From Chiloscyllium plagiosum (lineage: Eukaryota): 64,000 nt of DNA. Both the position numbers and the translations under genes were made by a program. Below the pieces are notes generated by a model. It had not been told where the DNA came from. It was given only the letters and a program-made list of their open reading frames with translations, and ran no database searches. Each line of letters begins with the position of its first letter. Position 1 is the first letter of the stretch. Shown here one piece after another: positions 1 through 11,329 of the stretch. The DNA lies in the NCBI RefSeq assembly GCF_004010195.1, contig NC_057759.1:4400665-4464664 (forward strand), in the 5' to 3' direction.

Positions 1-455
1 CTGGTCAGGTCCACGCCCCCCTACAACCCACCCTCCCATCCTGGCACCTTCCCCTGCCACCGCAGGAACTGTAAAACCTGTGCCCACACCTCCTCCCTCA
101 CCTCTATCCAAGGACCGAAAGTAGCCTTCCACATCCAAAGTTTTCCTGCACATCCACCAATATCATTTATTGTATCCGTTGCTCCCATACGGTCTCCTCT
201 ACATTGGGGAGACTGGATGCCTCCGAGCAGAGCGCATTAGGGAACATCTCTGGGACACCCACACCAATCAACCACACCGCCCCGTGGCCCAACATTTCAA
301 CTCCCCCTCCCACTCTGCCGAGAACATGGAGGTCCTGGGCCTCCTTCACCGCCGCTCCCTCACCACCAGACGCCTGGAGGAAGAACACCTCATCTTCCGC
401 CTCGGAACACTTCAACCCCACGGCATCAATGTGGACTTCATTTCCCCTTCCCCCC
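1..455 (+). mobile_element. Penelope-like element fragment (Zn-knuckle linker plus GIY-YIG endonuclease), decayed
   Basis: Translates as ...PGTFPCHRRNCKTCAHT... and LLYIGETGCLRAERIREH...IFRLGTLQPHGINVDF, with frameshifts. Same family as 47597-49055. Confidence 0.85.
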
Positions 456-706
456 CGGTGGTTAGCACTGCTGCCTCAAAGCGCTAGAGACCCAGGTTCA
501 ATTCCCGCCTCAGGCGACTGACTATGTATAGTTTGCACATTCTCCCCGTGTCTGCCTAGGTTTCATCCCACAATCCAAAAATGTGCAGATTAGGTAACTT
601 GGCCATTAGGGGCAGGGGTAAAAGTAGGGGAATGGGTCTGGGTGGGTTGCGCGTCGGTATGGGCTTGTTGGGCCGAAGGGCCTTTTTTCACACTAAGTAC
701 TCTAAT
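456..706 (+). mobile_element. HE1/V-SINE-like tRNA-derived SINE, 5' truncated
   Basis: ggtggttagcactgctgcctc, B box ggttcaattcc, V-domain-like gtttgcacattctccccgtgtctgc, CR1-like tail ttgttgggccgaagggcc. Confidence 0.85.
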
Positions 707-1089
707 TTAAAAAATAGCCGTGCGGAGATTTGCAAGTGAAAAATAAAATCGCACTCCGAGGGAAACGGTTTATTTTGTTAGCCGGCTGATAGTAGAGGCA
801 CTTTATATTCCGGTGGTGAAACTGAGAGTTCGGACCTCACCGGGACTTGTTACTCCGGAACCGATCGCATAACAAAGAGAAACACGGACACATACAAGCA
901 GCTGAAAAATGATTCAGTGGTGTTTAACATGATCGCTCTCTCCCCACGCAAGGAGTACAGATAATAAGACGCGAACCGAGTCAGCTGTCACTCATTACTT
1001 TATATAACATTTACAACATACAAATCTCGCAGACATATTGTACATACCCTGAAACATAATGGCCCAACCGTTTCAGGAAACTTGTAAGT

Positions 1090-1105
1090 GGCTCTTAAAA
1101 GAGCC
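1090..1105 (-). terminator. Histone 3' stem-loop of H2B
   Basis: Minus strand reads CCCAAA-GGCTCTTTTAAGAGCC-AC, about 40 nt after the stop codon. Confidence 0.95.
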
Positions 1106-1144
1106 TTTGGGTTGTGGATGTGTGTTTCAGTGCAATGCGGTCCT

Positions 1145-1522
1145 TCACTTGGAGCTGGTGTACTTGGTCACCGCCTTTGTTCCCTCCGACACGGCGTGCT
1201 TGGCCAGCTCCCCGGGCAGCAGCAGCCGCACGGCGGTCTGGATCTCCCGGGAGCTGATGGTGCTGCGCTTGTTGTAATGGGCCAGGCGGGAAGCCTCCCC
1301 CGCGATGCGCTCGAAAATATCTTTGACGAACGAGTTCATGATGCTCATGGCCTTGGAGGAGATGCCGGTGTCGGGGTGAACCTGCTTCATCACTTTGTAG
1401 ATGTAGATGGCGTAACTTTCTTTCCTGGACCGCCTCCTCTTCTTACCGCCCTTCGCTGGCGCCCTCTTCACCGTTTTCTTCGCGCCCTTCTTGGCAACTT
1501 GACCCTTCTTTTCCTCAGCCAT
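1145..1522 (-). CDS. H2B: Histone H2B, replication-dependent, 125 aa, intronless
   Basis: [16 protein letters not shown]...[27 protein letters not shown]...[16 protein letters not shown]. The first ATG is at 1522; the ORF-track start at 1540 is not an ATG. Stem-loop downstream, TATA and octamer upstream. Confidence 0.97.
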   Translation of the reverse strand: MAEEKKGQVAKKGAKKTVKRAPAKGGKKRRRSRKESYAIYIYKVMKQVHPDTGISSKAMSIMNSFVKDIFERIAGEASRLAHYNKRSTISSREIQTAVRLLLPGELAKHAVSEGTKAVTKYTSSK

Positions 1523-1575
1523 AGCGCCGCTCACTATCAAACACAGAATACGGAAAGCGGACTCGGAGCTCGCTC

Positions 1576-1673
1576 TTTATAGACCGATGACGTCATCAAT
1601 GCTAATGAGGGATGGAGGAAAGCCCGCCTTCTGATTGGCTACTTTGTAGGCATAGTAGCCTCTCTCTGATTGG
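1576..1673 (-). promoter_or_regulatory. H2B promoter: TATA, CRE, octamer-like element, two CCAAT boxes
   Basis: TATAAA (minus) 1576-1581; TGACGTCA 1588-1595; ATTAGCAT (minus) 1599-1606, one mismatch to the H2B octamer ATTTGCAT; CCAAT (minus) at 1634-1638 and 1669-1673. Confidence 0.85.
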
Positions 1674-3690
1674 TTAGTTTGGGACTCAATGTGGATCTGT
1701 CGGGATCTGTAATAACATCGGAAACACAAACCGAAATTTTGTGAAGGGATCAAATTCCGAGCTCACTCTAAAATGTGAGATTCTAATTGTAAGGCATTCT
1801 GCATCTTTAGGTAATAGTTTTCTTTTCTCTTCCATTTAAAAATGGCATTACATTTGTTGTCAATTTAGAAAATGCACTGCAATCTGACAGGGAGTGTGTT
1901 TTACTCCTGGAAATGATGGAACTACTTGACAATTGCATCGCGTTGGAGGAAAATGGGAGTTAAGCAATGTTCTCTTTTGCTTGTGTTTCTTGCTCTACAC
2001 TCTCTGAAGATGAAGGACATTCGATAATCATCTACTCTGTTAACTCCCTTCTTTTCCCCTATTCTTCTTCAAATCTCCAATGAGTATCAGCCAAAGTATT
2101 CATACATTACTCAGAATAGCTGCCAGTGTGTGTATCATTCAGTTCGATTCTGATTACCTCAATGACTGAAGGGAACTGATGCACTGTGACCTGTGCCTTT
2201 TGCTTCCTGCTGACAACGTGAATTTTACTCTCTATCTGTTCAGCTCCTCAATCAGTGTCAGCAGCCTCCTGCCAATATTTCAATTCCTGAAATCATACTT
2301 TGCACTACATTAGAATACATATTATTTGGTGCATTTCAGTTTCTAGCAGAATTTTTTCCCCATTACAAACTGTCCTATGTGGATTTTCTCTAAACTTTAT
2401 TTGGTGACAAGTCATTTGTACTCACTCTGAACTGGTCACTGTTATTTAAGGATATTTTGAACACAGTATTTGCGTGAATTTTAATTGTGACAATCTCTTG
2501 TGTTATTTGTTTTATCACTGTGATTCCCTGATTACACTGTGAATGATGTGTTCTTCAGAATTTCAGGTTGGTTAAGGGTTAGTTTACCACTCATTAGTGG
2601 CTGTGTAAAATGGGAGTGCAGTTTTTGATCTGCCCATGTGAGCTTTCTGGAGGTGAATGATTATTACTCTCTCACACAATCTGTCCCTGTCAGTTTCTGC
2701 CATCTGAATGTGCGAGTGTAGTAATCAGTATGTATCTGTCCGTTCTTCCACAGTGATTACGTTAGTGTAATTATCACAATCCCAGAACGTCTCTGATGTG
2801 AGAATGTGTAAGGGTAGTTATCACTGGAGTGCCTATAAGTGTTTGCTATGAGACTGTTTGACAGGCTTTATCAATCTGTACCTGTTTCTTTCTGCTCAAT
2901 GAATTTATTTGTGTAATTATCAGTCTCCCAATTTCAGTCTCTGCTATGTGAATGTGGGAGTGCTTTTATCAGTATGACCGTGTCAATTTCTGTATTGGGA
3001 TTATGTCAATGTAGTTATCAACATGTACCTGTCAGCTTCCGCTTTGTGGGTCTCTCATTTTAGTTAAACTGTTCCTCACAGGTTGTGATGTGTGAAGATG
3101 GCACTCTAGTCATCAATCTGTACCTGTCTGTTCTTCCACAGTCATTATGTTTGTGTAATTATCAGTCTATCTTCAAGGTCTCGGCTGTTACAATGTGTGA
3201 TTGTAGTTATCAATCAACAGTTTGGTCTGTGAATGTGAGAGTGTATTTACTAATTGGTCGCTGATAGTTTCTGCCATGCAAATCGGGGTTTTGCTATCCA
3301 TCTCTTTATGTTCATTTCTGCTATGTGACTGTTTGACTGGCATTATCAATCTGTACCCGTCAGTTTCTGTTCAGTGAATATGTCTGTGTAATTAACAGTC
3401 TACCCCTATCAGTCTCTGCTATGTGACTGTGTGAATGCTTTTATCATCTCACCATGTCAGCTTCTGTGTTGTAAATATGGTCATCAAACTTCACCTGACG
3501 TTTTCTAGTTTGTGAATATGAGAGTTTGGTTATCAATCTGTATCTGTCAGCTTCTGCTTTGTGCATATCTGAATTGGCTTAATCTGCTCCTGAATGTTTC
3601 TCTGGTGTGCATATGGCAGTGTAGTTATCTATCTGTACCAGTCCATTTCTGTTATGTGAATATGAGGGTAGTTATCAGTTAGAATGATAG

Positions 3691-4071
3691 TGTAGCTTTA
3701 AAAGGTGTATTTTGTCCTGTCCACGATAGTTAACCTATAACACAATAAAGAAGGAATTGGAATAACTTAACTCTATTAGAATATTTAACAGAATAATGGA
3801 TACAGTAACTCTACCTAATTAACTGTTCCAATACAGTAATATCCCACAAACATCCTTGACAAAAGACAAAGTAAAAAAAAACTCCAGTAGCAGAAAGAGA
3901 ATCTGCAGCTTCTGACTATAACTGAGAGGAAAAAAACTAGATTTCCCGTCTTCAAGAAGCCAACAGTTTTGCTGAAAGCCAAAATTAAAAATGTCATTCT
4001 GTGAAAGATTGACCACACCCATTCAGGCTACCTCTGTTGTTCCAACTTTAAAAAGAGCCTCAAACATGACA
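3691..4071. mobile_element. Possible solo-LTR-like insertion within the minisatellite
   Basis: Non-repetitive block beginning TGTAG and ending ATGACA; loosely similar in style to 24288-24860. No TSD confirmed. Confidence 0.35.
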
Positions 4072-4794
4072 GTTCATGTTCTGTGAATATGGGGTAGTTA
4101 TCAATTTGTCCCTGTCAGTTTCTGCATTGTGAATATGGGAGAACACTTATTAATCTTTCTAGGACAGTTACTATTGTGTAAAAGTGTGAGTGTACTTACC
4201 TATCTGTCTGTGTCAGTTTCCAATATATGAATGTAATTTTAGCTATCATAATGTACCTGTCAATTCTTGTAATCTCTGGGAATGAGAGTGTCACCTTCAG
4301 TCTCTACCCGACAGTAGTTGAGTTTGGTTATTGATCTATAATGCCACTTTCTGATAGGTGAACATTTGAGCACAGTTATTCATCTGTACGTGACACTTTC
4401 TGATATCTGAGTATGATAGTGTAGTTGTCAACCCGTTCCTGTTGGTATGTGCAATGAAAATAAGAGAATGTGTGTAGTGTTATGAATTTATCCATGACGG
4501 TGCCCGCAAGGTAGAAAGAGAGAGTGTGTGTGTGTTTGTGTGTGTGTGTAAGTTTAATTGCCCTGTCAATACGTGTGTCATCATCAATGTCATTTTCCCA
4601 TCTTTCTGCACGAGCCCATAACCCTGCAGCAGATTGCAGAAATGGCCAATTTGTTCCTGTCAGCTTCAGCTCTGTGTATCTGAGTGTGTAGTTATTAGTC
4701 TAACTGCCAGTCTCTGCCATGCGACTGTGAGTGCATTTGTCAATCTTAGCCTATCAGCTTCTGTGTTATGAATATGTGAACGTGCTTAGCAATT

Positions 4795-5250
4795 GAACAT
4801 AGAACAGTACAGCACAGAACAGGCCCTTCAGCCCACGATGTTGTGCCGACCACTGATCCTCATGTATGCACCTCAAATTTCTGTGACCATATGCATGTCC
4901 AGGAGTCTCTTAAATGTCCCCAGTGACCCTGCCTCCACAACTGCTGCTGGCAATGCTCTCACAACTCTCTGTGTAAAGAACCCGCCTCTATACTTTCCTC
5001 CAACCAGCTTAAAACTATGACCCCTCGTGTTAGTCATTTCTGCCCTGGGAAGTAGTCTCTGGCTATTGACTTTATCTATGCCTCTCATTATCTTGTATAC
5101 CTCAATTAGGTCCTCTCTTCTCCTCCTTTTCTCCAATGAAAAACGTCCGAGCTCAGTCAACCTCTCCTCCAGTCCAGACAGCATCCTGGTAAACCTCCTT
5201 TGAACCCGCTCCAAAGCATCCACATCTTTCTTATAATAGGGCGACCAGAA
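4795..5250 (-). mobile_element. CR1-clade LINE 3' end
   Basis: ALERVQRRFTRMLSGLE...DLIEVYKIMRGIDKV...TRGHSFKL, followed by a (ttctatg)-type tail. Confidence 0.9.
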
Positions 5251-6848
5251 TTTGTAGCTGCCAGTTCTGGTGTGTAAATATAGTTCTTAATTTCTCCTTG
5301 TCGATTTCTGCTATATGTATTAGAGCGTGCAATTAGCAATCTGCACATACACTTTACGGCAATATGAACATCAGAATATAGTTACCAATCTGACTGCTCT
5401 GTGAATGTATAAGTACAGTCAGCAATCTGTACATGTCAGCCTCTGCTTTGTGAATTTATTTATCAATCTATGCCTGTCAATTTCTGCTGTAGGAATGTGA
5501 GAGTGCAATCTGTACCTGTCAGTTTCTGCTCAGTACATCTGTTTTGTGTCATGGATTGTGTAATAGAAAATCAAAGGGTTTTTCAAATCCTATAGTGCAG
5601 GCTCGGAGTGGGAGGAATAATATCACGGGCTGTTCTTCAGGATGCCATCAGCTTTTCTCAGTGCATAGCTAAATACTTTTGTGAACAATGCTGAGAAATG
5701 AATAGGTGTTACATTCCTTTGTTAGTGTTGAAAGGAAAGGGGAATGAACAAATAAATTGTATTTTAGGCGACTGACCACGATGTTCCTGCTACAGGAAAG
5801 AGAATTGGCTAGTTCACTTCATCATTCTATTGTGAATATTACATAATCCTGCTCTGTGGTGTGACGGTGCAAGCCATTAGCAGTACTGTCCTGATGTTCT
5901 ATGGTGCCAATGAGGAAAGCAAAAAGACTTGTATTTTTGTCATACAGTGGAGAAGATTTAAATCATTTAGGCAATTTATTGAACATGGTTGACCTCTTCT
6001 TGCAAAAAAAATGAAAATTTACAAACTACAAGATTTGGCTAAATTTCTTTGTTGATTATATTGCTAAATTGAGGATATGATATTGTATTTTATTGCTTTT
6101 TTGTAATATTTCATAGGGTGGGGTAAGTGGGATTTTTTGCAGAAGATTGTAGTGAATTTGAAGATAAAGTTACACAATTTTTGCATAAAAAATTAATACC
6201 TGGCAGAGTGAAAATTTAGTTTCTATTCCTGCAAGGTGAACATGTTGAGAATTATTTTGGCGTCTCCTCTGTTGCCATGACACACTTACTGAAATGGAAT
6301 GCTGGCTGAATGGGATTAGTTGCTTGGTTTTGTATAAACAGTTTTTATATATTCACTTCTGTTTCCTGCAGTGTACATGTGTGTACATTGCTGTTAGTCT
6401 CTGTATCTTGTGTGTTGATATGGTGAGTGTATTGGGGACTCAATCTGAATCAGTCAGTACTTTGTGTGTGTGCTCAGTAATGATTCACTTCTTGTCACAT
6501 TTGGCTGTTGAAACAATGTAAAAGCATGATGTCATTGTTTATCTGGTTTGTGATATTTAAAATACCCTTATTAAATGTAAACTTGATTTAGTTCACCACT
6601 TGCCTACTTTAGACAACCAGTCAGCTTCAAACATGATCTGAATGTAAATGGCCTATGAATCATATTAATTGGAACTGGGAAGATGTTTACGGAGAATGCA
6701 GAGAAAAAAGAAACATGTCCTTCCACAGTTGTGTCTAACTGTCCATTTGTTTGAATATATCTCTGGAAACTGAGCTTAAATTAAGTCTGATTCAATCTGC
6801 TCTGTGCCCGTGGAAATGATGCTGTCAGCTTTGACAGTGGTAACATAC

Positions 6849-6931
6849 CTGCTCTTTGTTAGAAGCAGCTGGTCACACATGGCTTTTGTACTGAGGAAAT
6901 ATGACACTTTCTTCACCATTCAAGTATTTGC
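6849..6931 (-). other. Degenerate copy A of the repeated exon-like segment
   Basis: Homologous to 21834-21915 and 26700-26781. Donor CAG|GTATGT intact; acceptor reads CCAA instead of CCAG; one extra A. Confidence 0.55.
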
Positions 6932-7368
6932 TTGGAGGAAGACAGAAGATTTTTCAGCTGTAAATCAACATAAGCCAAGTTAGGCAAGATTAAACTGATC
7001 AGTGTGGCAGTCAGTTTATAATCATTAGAGTATTTTTAAACCTAGCAATTCCACTCTTTCTCTGAGTTGCTCCTCTTTTCCTTTCCTTTTTTTTGCAACT
7101 TTGTAACAATTGGGTGAGATCCAGAACTAACAACTGTACACCTCCATGAATGGGAATTCCTGAAGCAGCTGCAATTCTGACGTACATCAATAGCAAGCTG
7201 AGAATACACTAAATGTTGAAGGAAAGGGCAAGGGACGCTCTGTCTAATGTTTTACTTGAAACTTCAAATCTGTTCATTCTAGTACGTGTTCTTTACAAGA
7301 TTGTCACAAAACTATGGTCTGTGCTTTCATTCTGAACTGCCCAACATCAACAAACAGCGTGAAACAGA

Positions 7369-7544
7369 TTTTGGATTAGTGGTGCTGGAAGAGCACAGCA
7401 GTTCAGGCAGCATCCGAAGAGCAGCAAAATCGACGTTTCGGGCAAAAGCCCTTCATCAGGAATAAAGGCAGAGAGCCTGAAGCGTGGAGAGATAAGCTAG
7501 AGGAGGGTGGAGGGTGGAGGGTGGGAAAAAGTAGCATGGAGTAC
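7369..7544 (-). mobile_element. PLE 3' end (family 1) with 7-bp direct repeat AAACAGA
   Basis: AAACAGA at 7362-7368 and 7545-7551. The empty site is seen in the paralogous sequence at ~15325-15345. Confidence 0.8.
7428..7463 (-). ncRNA. Minimal type I hammerhead ribozyme motif (PLE family 1)
   Basis: Minus strand: ATTC CTGATGA A GGGC TTTT GCCC GAAA CG TC GATT. Confidence 0.75.
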
Positions 7545-7904
7545 AAACAGAAGCCAAACAATGAATTCCCATCAGTGTTTAGGGGATTGCAAACCCCAAG
7601 AATGTCCCACAGCAGCTTCTTCCCGCTCTGCCTCCCTCAGCAGGCCCACACACAGCCCGAGAAAGGCCTCTCTCTTCCCCCCCAGCCCGCTCACTCCAAA
7701 TTCCGGGACAAGTTCCTGCTCCGCTCGGCCTCTTACAAACAGCCCCCGGTTCTCCCTGAACTCACCCCGAATCAATCCCGGTCTCGGAGCCCCCTCTGTG
7801 TCCCAGGCTCCCATCCCGATGTGCTGCTGGAAGGAGCCTGCTGTTCCCTCGCTTCCCTGGGCGCTGATCTCTCCATTGCGGTCTGTTTCAAACAAACCTC
7901 TTGC

Positions 7905-8021
7905 ACTCACTGAGTAAATGCTCCTCAATGACAGCGCTGAGGGAGGGCCTCACGCATGCGCTCCTCTCGTCAGGAACGGTCAGCATTGGGGGTGGGGAAA
8001 GGGGCAGCTTTGCGCATGCGC
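7905..8021 (-). promoter_or_regulatory. GC-rich promoter-like region with two NRF1-type motifs and a candidate first-exon donor
   Basis: TGCGCATGCGC 8011-8021 and CGCATGCGC 7953-7961; GTGAGT on the minus strand at 7910-7905. Confidence 0.5.
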
Positions 8022-8139
8022 TGCTTAAGGACACAGGAATAAATCATTCCCATTAAACCGACCGTGACAGCAGCAGTGCTAAGCCTAGGTCCAGTATGGG
8101 GGATTAGGATCAAAGCACAAATATTACTTCCAAAAGAGA

Positions 8140-9100
8140 AGGAGAGCCTAAATAAGCTTGGATTGTTTTCTCTCGAGCAGAGTTGACTGAATGGGGGCAC
8201 ATGATTGTGGCGTAAAAAATTATGAGGCGTATGGACAGGGTGAATAAAGAGAAGCTGTTTCCCTTGTTTGAGCGATCAATCACAAGTGGTGATTGGGTTA
8301 GGATATGGTAAGGATAAGGATTCTCACTATGATGGCGTGTAAGGGGTACAGATATAGTAAAACCTTTTTCACTGGTGGGAATCTAGAAGACACTGCCTGG
8401 GAAGGTAGTAAAGGTTAGAAATCTTAACCTTTAAAAGGTATTTGGATGAGCACTTCAAATGTCATAACAGTTAAGGATATGGGACAAGTACAGGAAATTA
8501 GCACACCTTGAGTGGTGGTTATTGTGGGTGAAGGGCTTTTTCTCTGTGTATCTCAGAGTGCAGTTATTAATCTGTACCTGTCAGTCTCTGGTTTATGACT
8601 GTGTAATTGTATTTATCAACCTACAACTTTCAGGTTGTAGAGTCATGCAACCTTTGATCCAACTAGTCCACTCTGACTAGAAATCCTAAACTGACCAAAT
8701 CTCATATGCCTTTAAATCCTTCCTGTTCATTTACTCAACCAGGTTACTTTTAAACATTGTAATTGTTCCCACCTTCATCACTTCCTCTGAAAGCTCATTC
8801 CACATGGACATCATCCTCTGCATGAAAGGTTGTCCCTTAGGTCAGTTTAAATTTTTGCCCTCTCACCTTAAACCTATGCCCTCTATACTCCCCACCCTAG
8901 GAAAAAAACTTTGGCTTCTCATCCAATCGATGCCCCTCATGATTTTATAAGCAGATATAAACAATACCCCTCAGCTTCTGATGCTCCAGGGAAAAAAGCC
9001 CCAGTGTATTGAGGTTCTCCGGATAGTTCAAACCCTCTAGTTCTGATAATATCGCTGCCAGTCTTTATGGCACTCTCTTAAGATTAACAACATCCTTCCT
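8140..9100. mobile_element. Two old CR1-like 3' fragments (+ ~8140-8550, - ~8640-9100) separated by 1-2 minisatellite units
   Basis: Degenerate CR1 3' motifs (ttgttttctctcgagcag; aaggttgtcccttaggtc...ctcaccttaaacctatgccctcta). Confidence 0.65.
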
Positions 9101-9390
9101 AATGCGCAGCGTCCCAGAATCAAAACTGAACAATGTAACATCCTAAACGGGTCAATGAAATCCAAATACTACAATATGCCACATTCGTGTCTGGGTAGAG
9201 TTACAAGTCGCGAAGCGAACTAATTAGATGGAGATCAATAAACTCTCCGTATATGATACCTTCCCCATTCACAGGTCTGCGCTCTCGTAAACCATGACAT
9301 CATTGTGTATTTGAGTTATTCAGATCAATTAATATCTAAGGTCGGTCTGCGCTCGGCGCCGGGCTCAGTTCTTTCCTGAGAGATGTGGGT

Positions 9391-9406
9391 GACTCTGATG
9401 AGAGCC
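9391..9406 (-). terminator. Mutated histone 3' stem-loop of H1, with HDE
   Basis: Minus strand CCCAAA-GGCTCTCATCAGAGTC-ACCCA versus canonical GGCTCTTTTCAGAGCC; purine-rich AAAGAACTG downstream. Confidence 0.85.
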
Positions 9407-9442
9407 TTTGGGTTCAGATGGTTATATGTTACAGCGACTGGT

Positions 9443-9940
9443 TCATTTCTTTGCTGCTGTCTTGGTCACTTTCATGGGCGGTGCTGCTTTCTTGCTGCTC
9501 GCTTTCTTGGCCTGAGATTTCTTTGCTGTCGTTTTCTTGGCCTGAGATTTCTTCACGGCCAGTTTCTTGGCGGCCGCTGATGTTCCCGCCCTCTTTCCCG
9601 CTTTTACCTTGACTGGATTCTTAGGGAGTTTGAAGGAGCCGGAGATGCCCTGGCCCTTGACCAGAACAAGGGAGCCGTTCGCCAGGCACCTCCTGATACT
9701 CATCTTGGTCTGTGCCTTTCACTTTCCCACATCGATCCCGCTTCTCTCCAGTCCCTTCTTTATAGCGGACAGAGACGCCCCTTTGCGATCCTTGATATCC
9801 CCGACAACCTTCAGAATCAGCTCTCCCAACCCGGGACCGGGTGTTATCTTCCTGGGAGCCGCCGCCTTCTTCTTGGGAGCCTTGGCTTTGGTGGGAGCGG
9901 CGGCTGGAGGAGCCGTTTCGGTGGCTGCACTGTCGCTCAT
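9443..9940 (-). pseudogene. H1: Histone H1 with an in-frame TGA at codon 74 (probable pseudogene)
   Basis: MSDSAATETAPPAAAPTKAKAPKKK...GASLSAIKKGLERSGIDVGK*KAQTKMSIRRCLANGSLVLVKGQGISGSFKL plus a Lys/Ala tail. ORFs 9719-10015 and 9443-9703 share one frame; the stop is at 9719-9721. Confidence 0.92.
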
Positions 9941-10088
9941 GTTGAGAACTCTGCGCTGAATCTCTCTCTGGGACAGTCTGAACTGGGTCAGCAATGAAGC
10001 TGCTGGGGGCGGCACTGAGCAACTTCAAGGCAGCGAATGGACGGCGCAGAGACATCCTGCTGTCAGCTCCCTGCTCCTGCTGCCTCTC

Positions 10089-10095
10089 TGTGTTT
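10089..10095 (-). promoter_or_regulatory. H1 box (AAACACA)
   Basis: AAACACA on the minus strand about 150 nt upstream of the H1 ATG. Confidence 0.65.
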
Positions 10096-11329
10096 CTCTA
10101 ACGGCCTAAACTCTCCGACTCCTCTGAAATTCCGCATCTCCAGAGAGCCAGGCTCGATCGCTCCTCACCCTGACACTGGAAGGTTTACGGCCGAAACGTT
10201 TTCATTCGAATTGACGGCTCCGTTGTCGAGTTAAACGCATTTTGCTGATGCACTGATGGTGCTCTCTGAGCTGAATGGTGACATTGTCGCTACTTTTAGA
10301 CCGAAATCTTGAAACTAACAAATATACTGCCCTCAATTCTACTTTTGGGGTTTAGAAGGGGAGCAGGGGGATAACTTTATTTGAAAATATTTTTGAGTTA
10401 CATAGGGGAGACTTGGAAATATTATAATATTAGCGGACACAAAAACACAGTTACGGAAAACCGTCCGCCCTTTGCCTACAATCACTCTGACACAATATTC
10501 ACATTCACACAGCCACAGGCCAGAAACATCACCAAATGTAAGTGTGGAAGGATAGAATTTCTCCTCCTTTCAGCCTTTGCTGCGGTGTCCAGGGATTTAG
10601 TTGCATTTTTTGTCCTCAGTAACTGTTACACTCTGATCAGCTCTATTGTTTACATCCTCAAAGATGGTCAATCCGTTTGTCAAGCTTAGAAGACCAAATA
10701 GTATGCACTGGGACAGGCTCTTCATGTTCATGCTGTCTCTAGCAGATCCTGAACACTGTTTTGTCAAATGCTTCGCAATTGAAGCTTTCATTTTGATTTT
10801 TCCCGACAGCTGACTGGTCTATAGTTCACAATTTTTGGATTAATTTGATTAAACTATGTAACCCCCACTCTGTAAATTATTGCAGAGCTTATAGAATCTT
10901 GGAACATAACCACCACTGCATCCACTATTACTCAGTCCACTACATTAAATACTCTGAGACGTAGATGATCAAGGCCTGGTGTTTCACTACATTCAATCCA
11001 ACCCATTGTCCCAACATCATTTCCCAAATAATACTGATTTGGTTCAGTTTTTCCCTCCCACTAAACTTCCCAACATTACTGTTGTGTTAGTTGTGTGAAC
11101 ATTTGTGAATAGAGAACAACAGTATGTTAGAGATTTTGGAGACGTTTTCGTTCCCCATTTTGAACTCCTCTCTTTTATGTTGAAAGTGACATATGGTCCT
11201 CTTTGCCAACCTATTTATGTTCATGTCTCTCTTTACAAATTTATTAGTGCTTCAACAGTTTTTTTTCCTTTAATGGCTTCTGCAACGTTAGTGTTTTCGT
11301 CATTTGTTCTTTGTTAGTCAAATCCCTTT

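Larger units (their letters stand above)
2640..5540 (+). repeat. Degenerate ~47-49 bp tandem minisatellite array, interrupted by insertions at ~3690-4071 and ~4795-5250
   Basis: Recurring unit approximating gtagttatcaatctgtacctgtcagtttctgctatgtgaatatgagagt; e.g. gtagttatc recurs at 3621 and 3668. Confidence 0.85.

Noticed and set aside
1088..1582. 164-aa plus-strand ORF, and similar ORFs at 9567-9959 and 23730-24227
   Set aside because: These are antisense shadows of GC-rich histone genes.
2640..5540. 48-bp array as a CRISPR array or coding repeat
   Set aside because: Eukaryotic context, degenerate contiguous units without unique spacers, and stops in all frames.
9719..9721. H1 TGA as selenocysteine or programmed readthrough
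   Set aside because: The 3' UTR is only ~35 nt to the stem-loop, leaving no room for a SECIS. The stem-loop is also mutated, so pseudogenisation is simpler.
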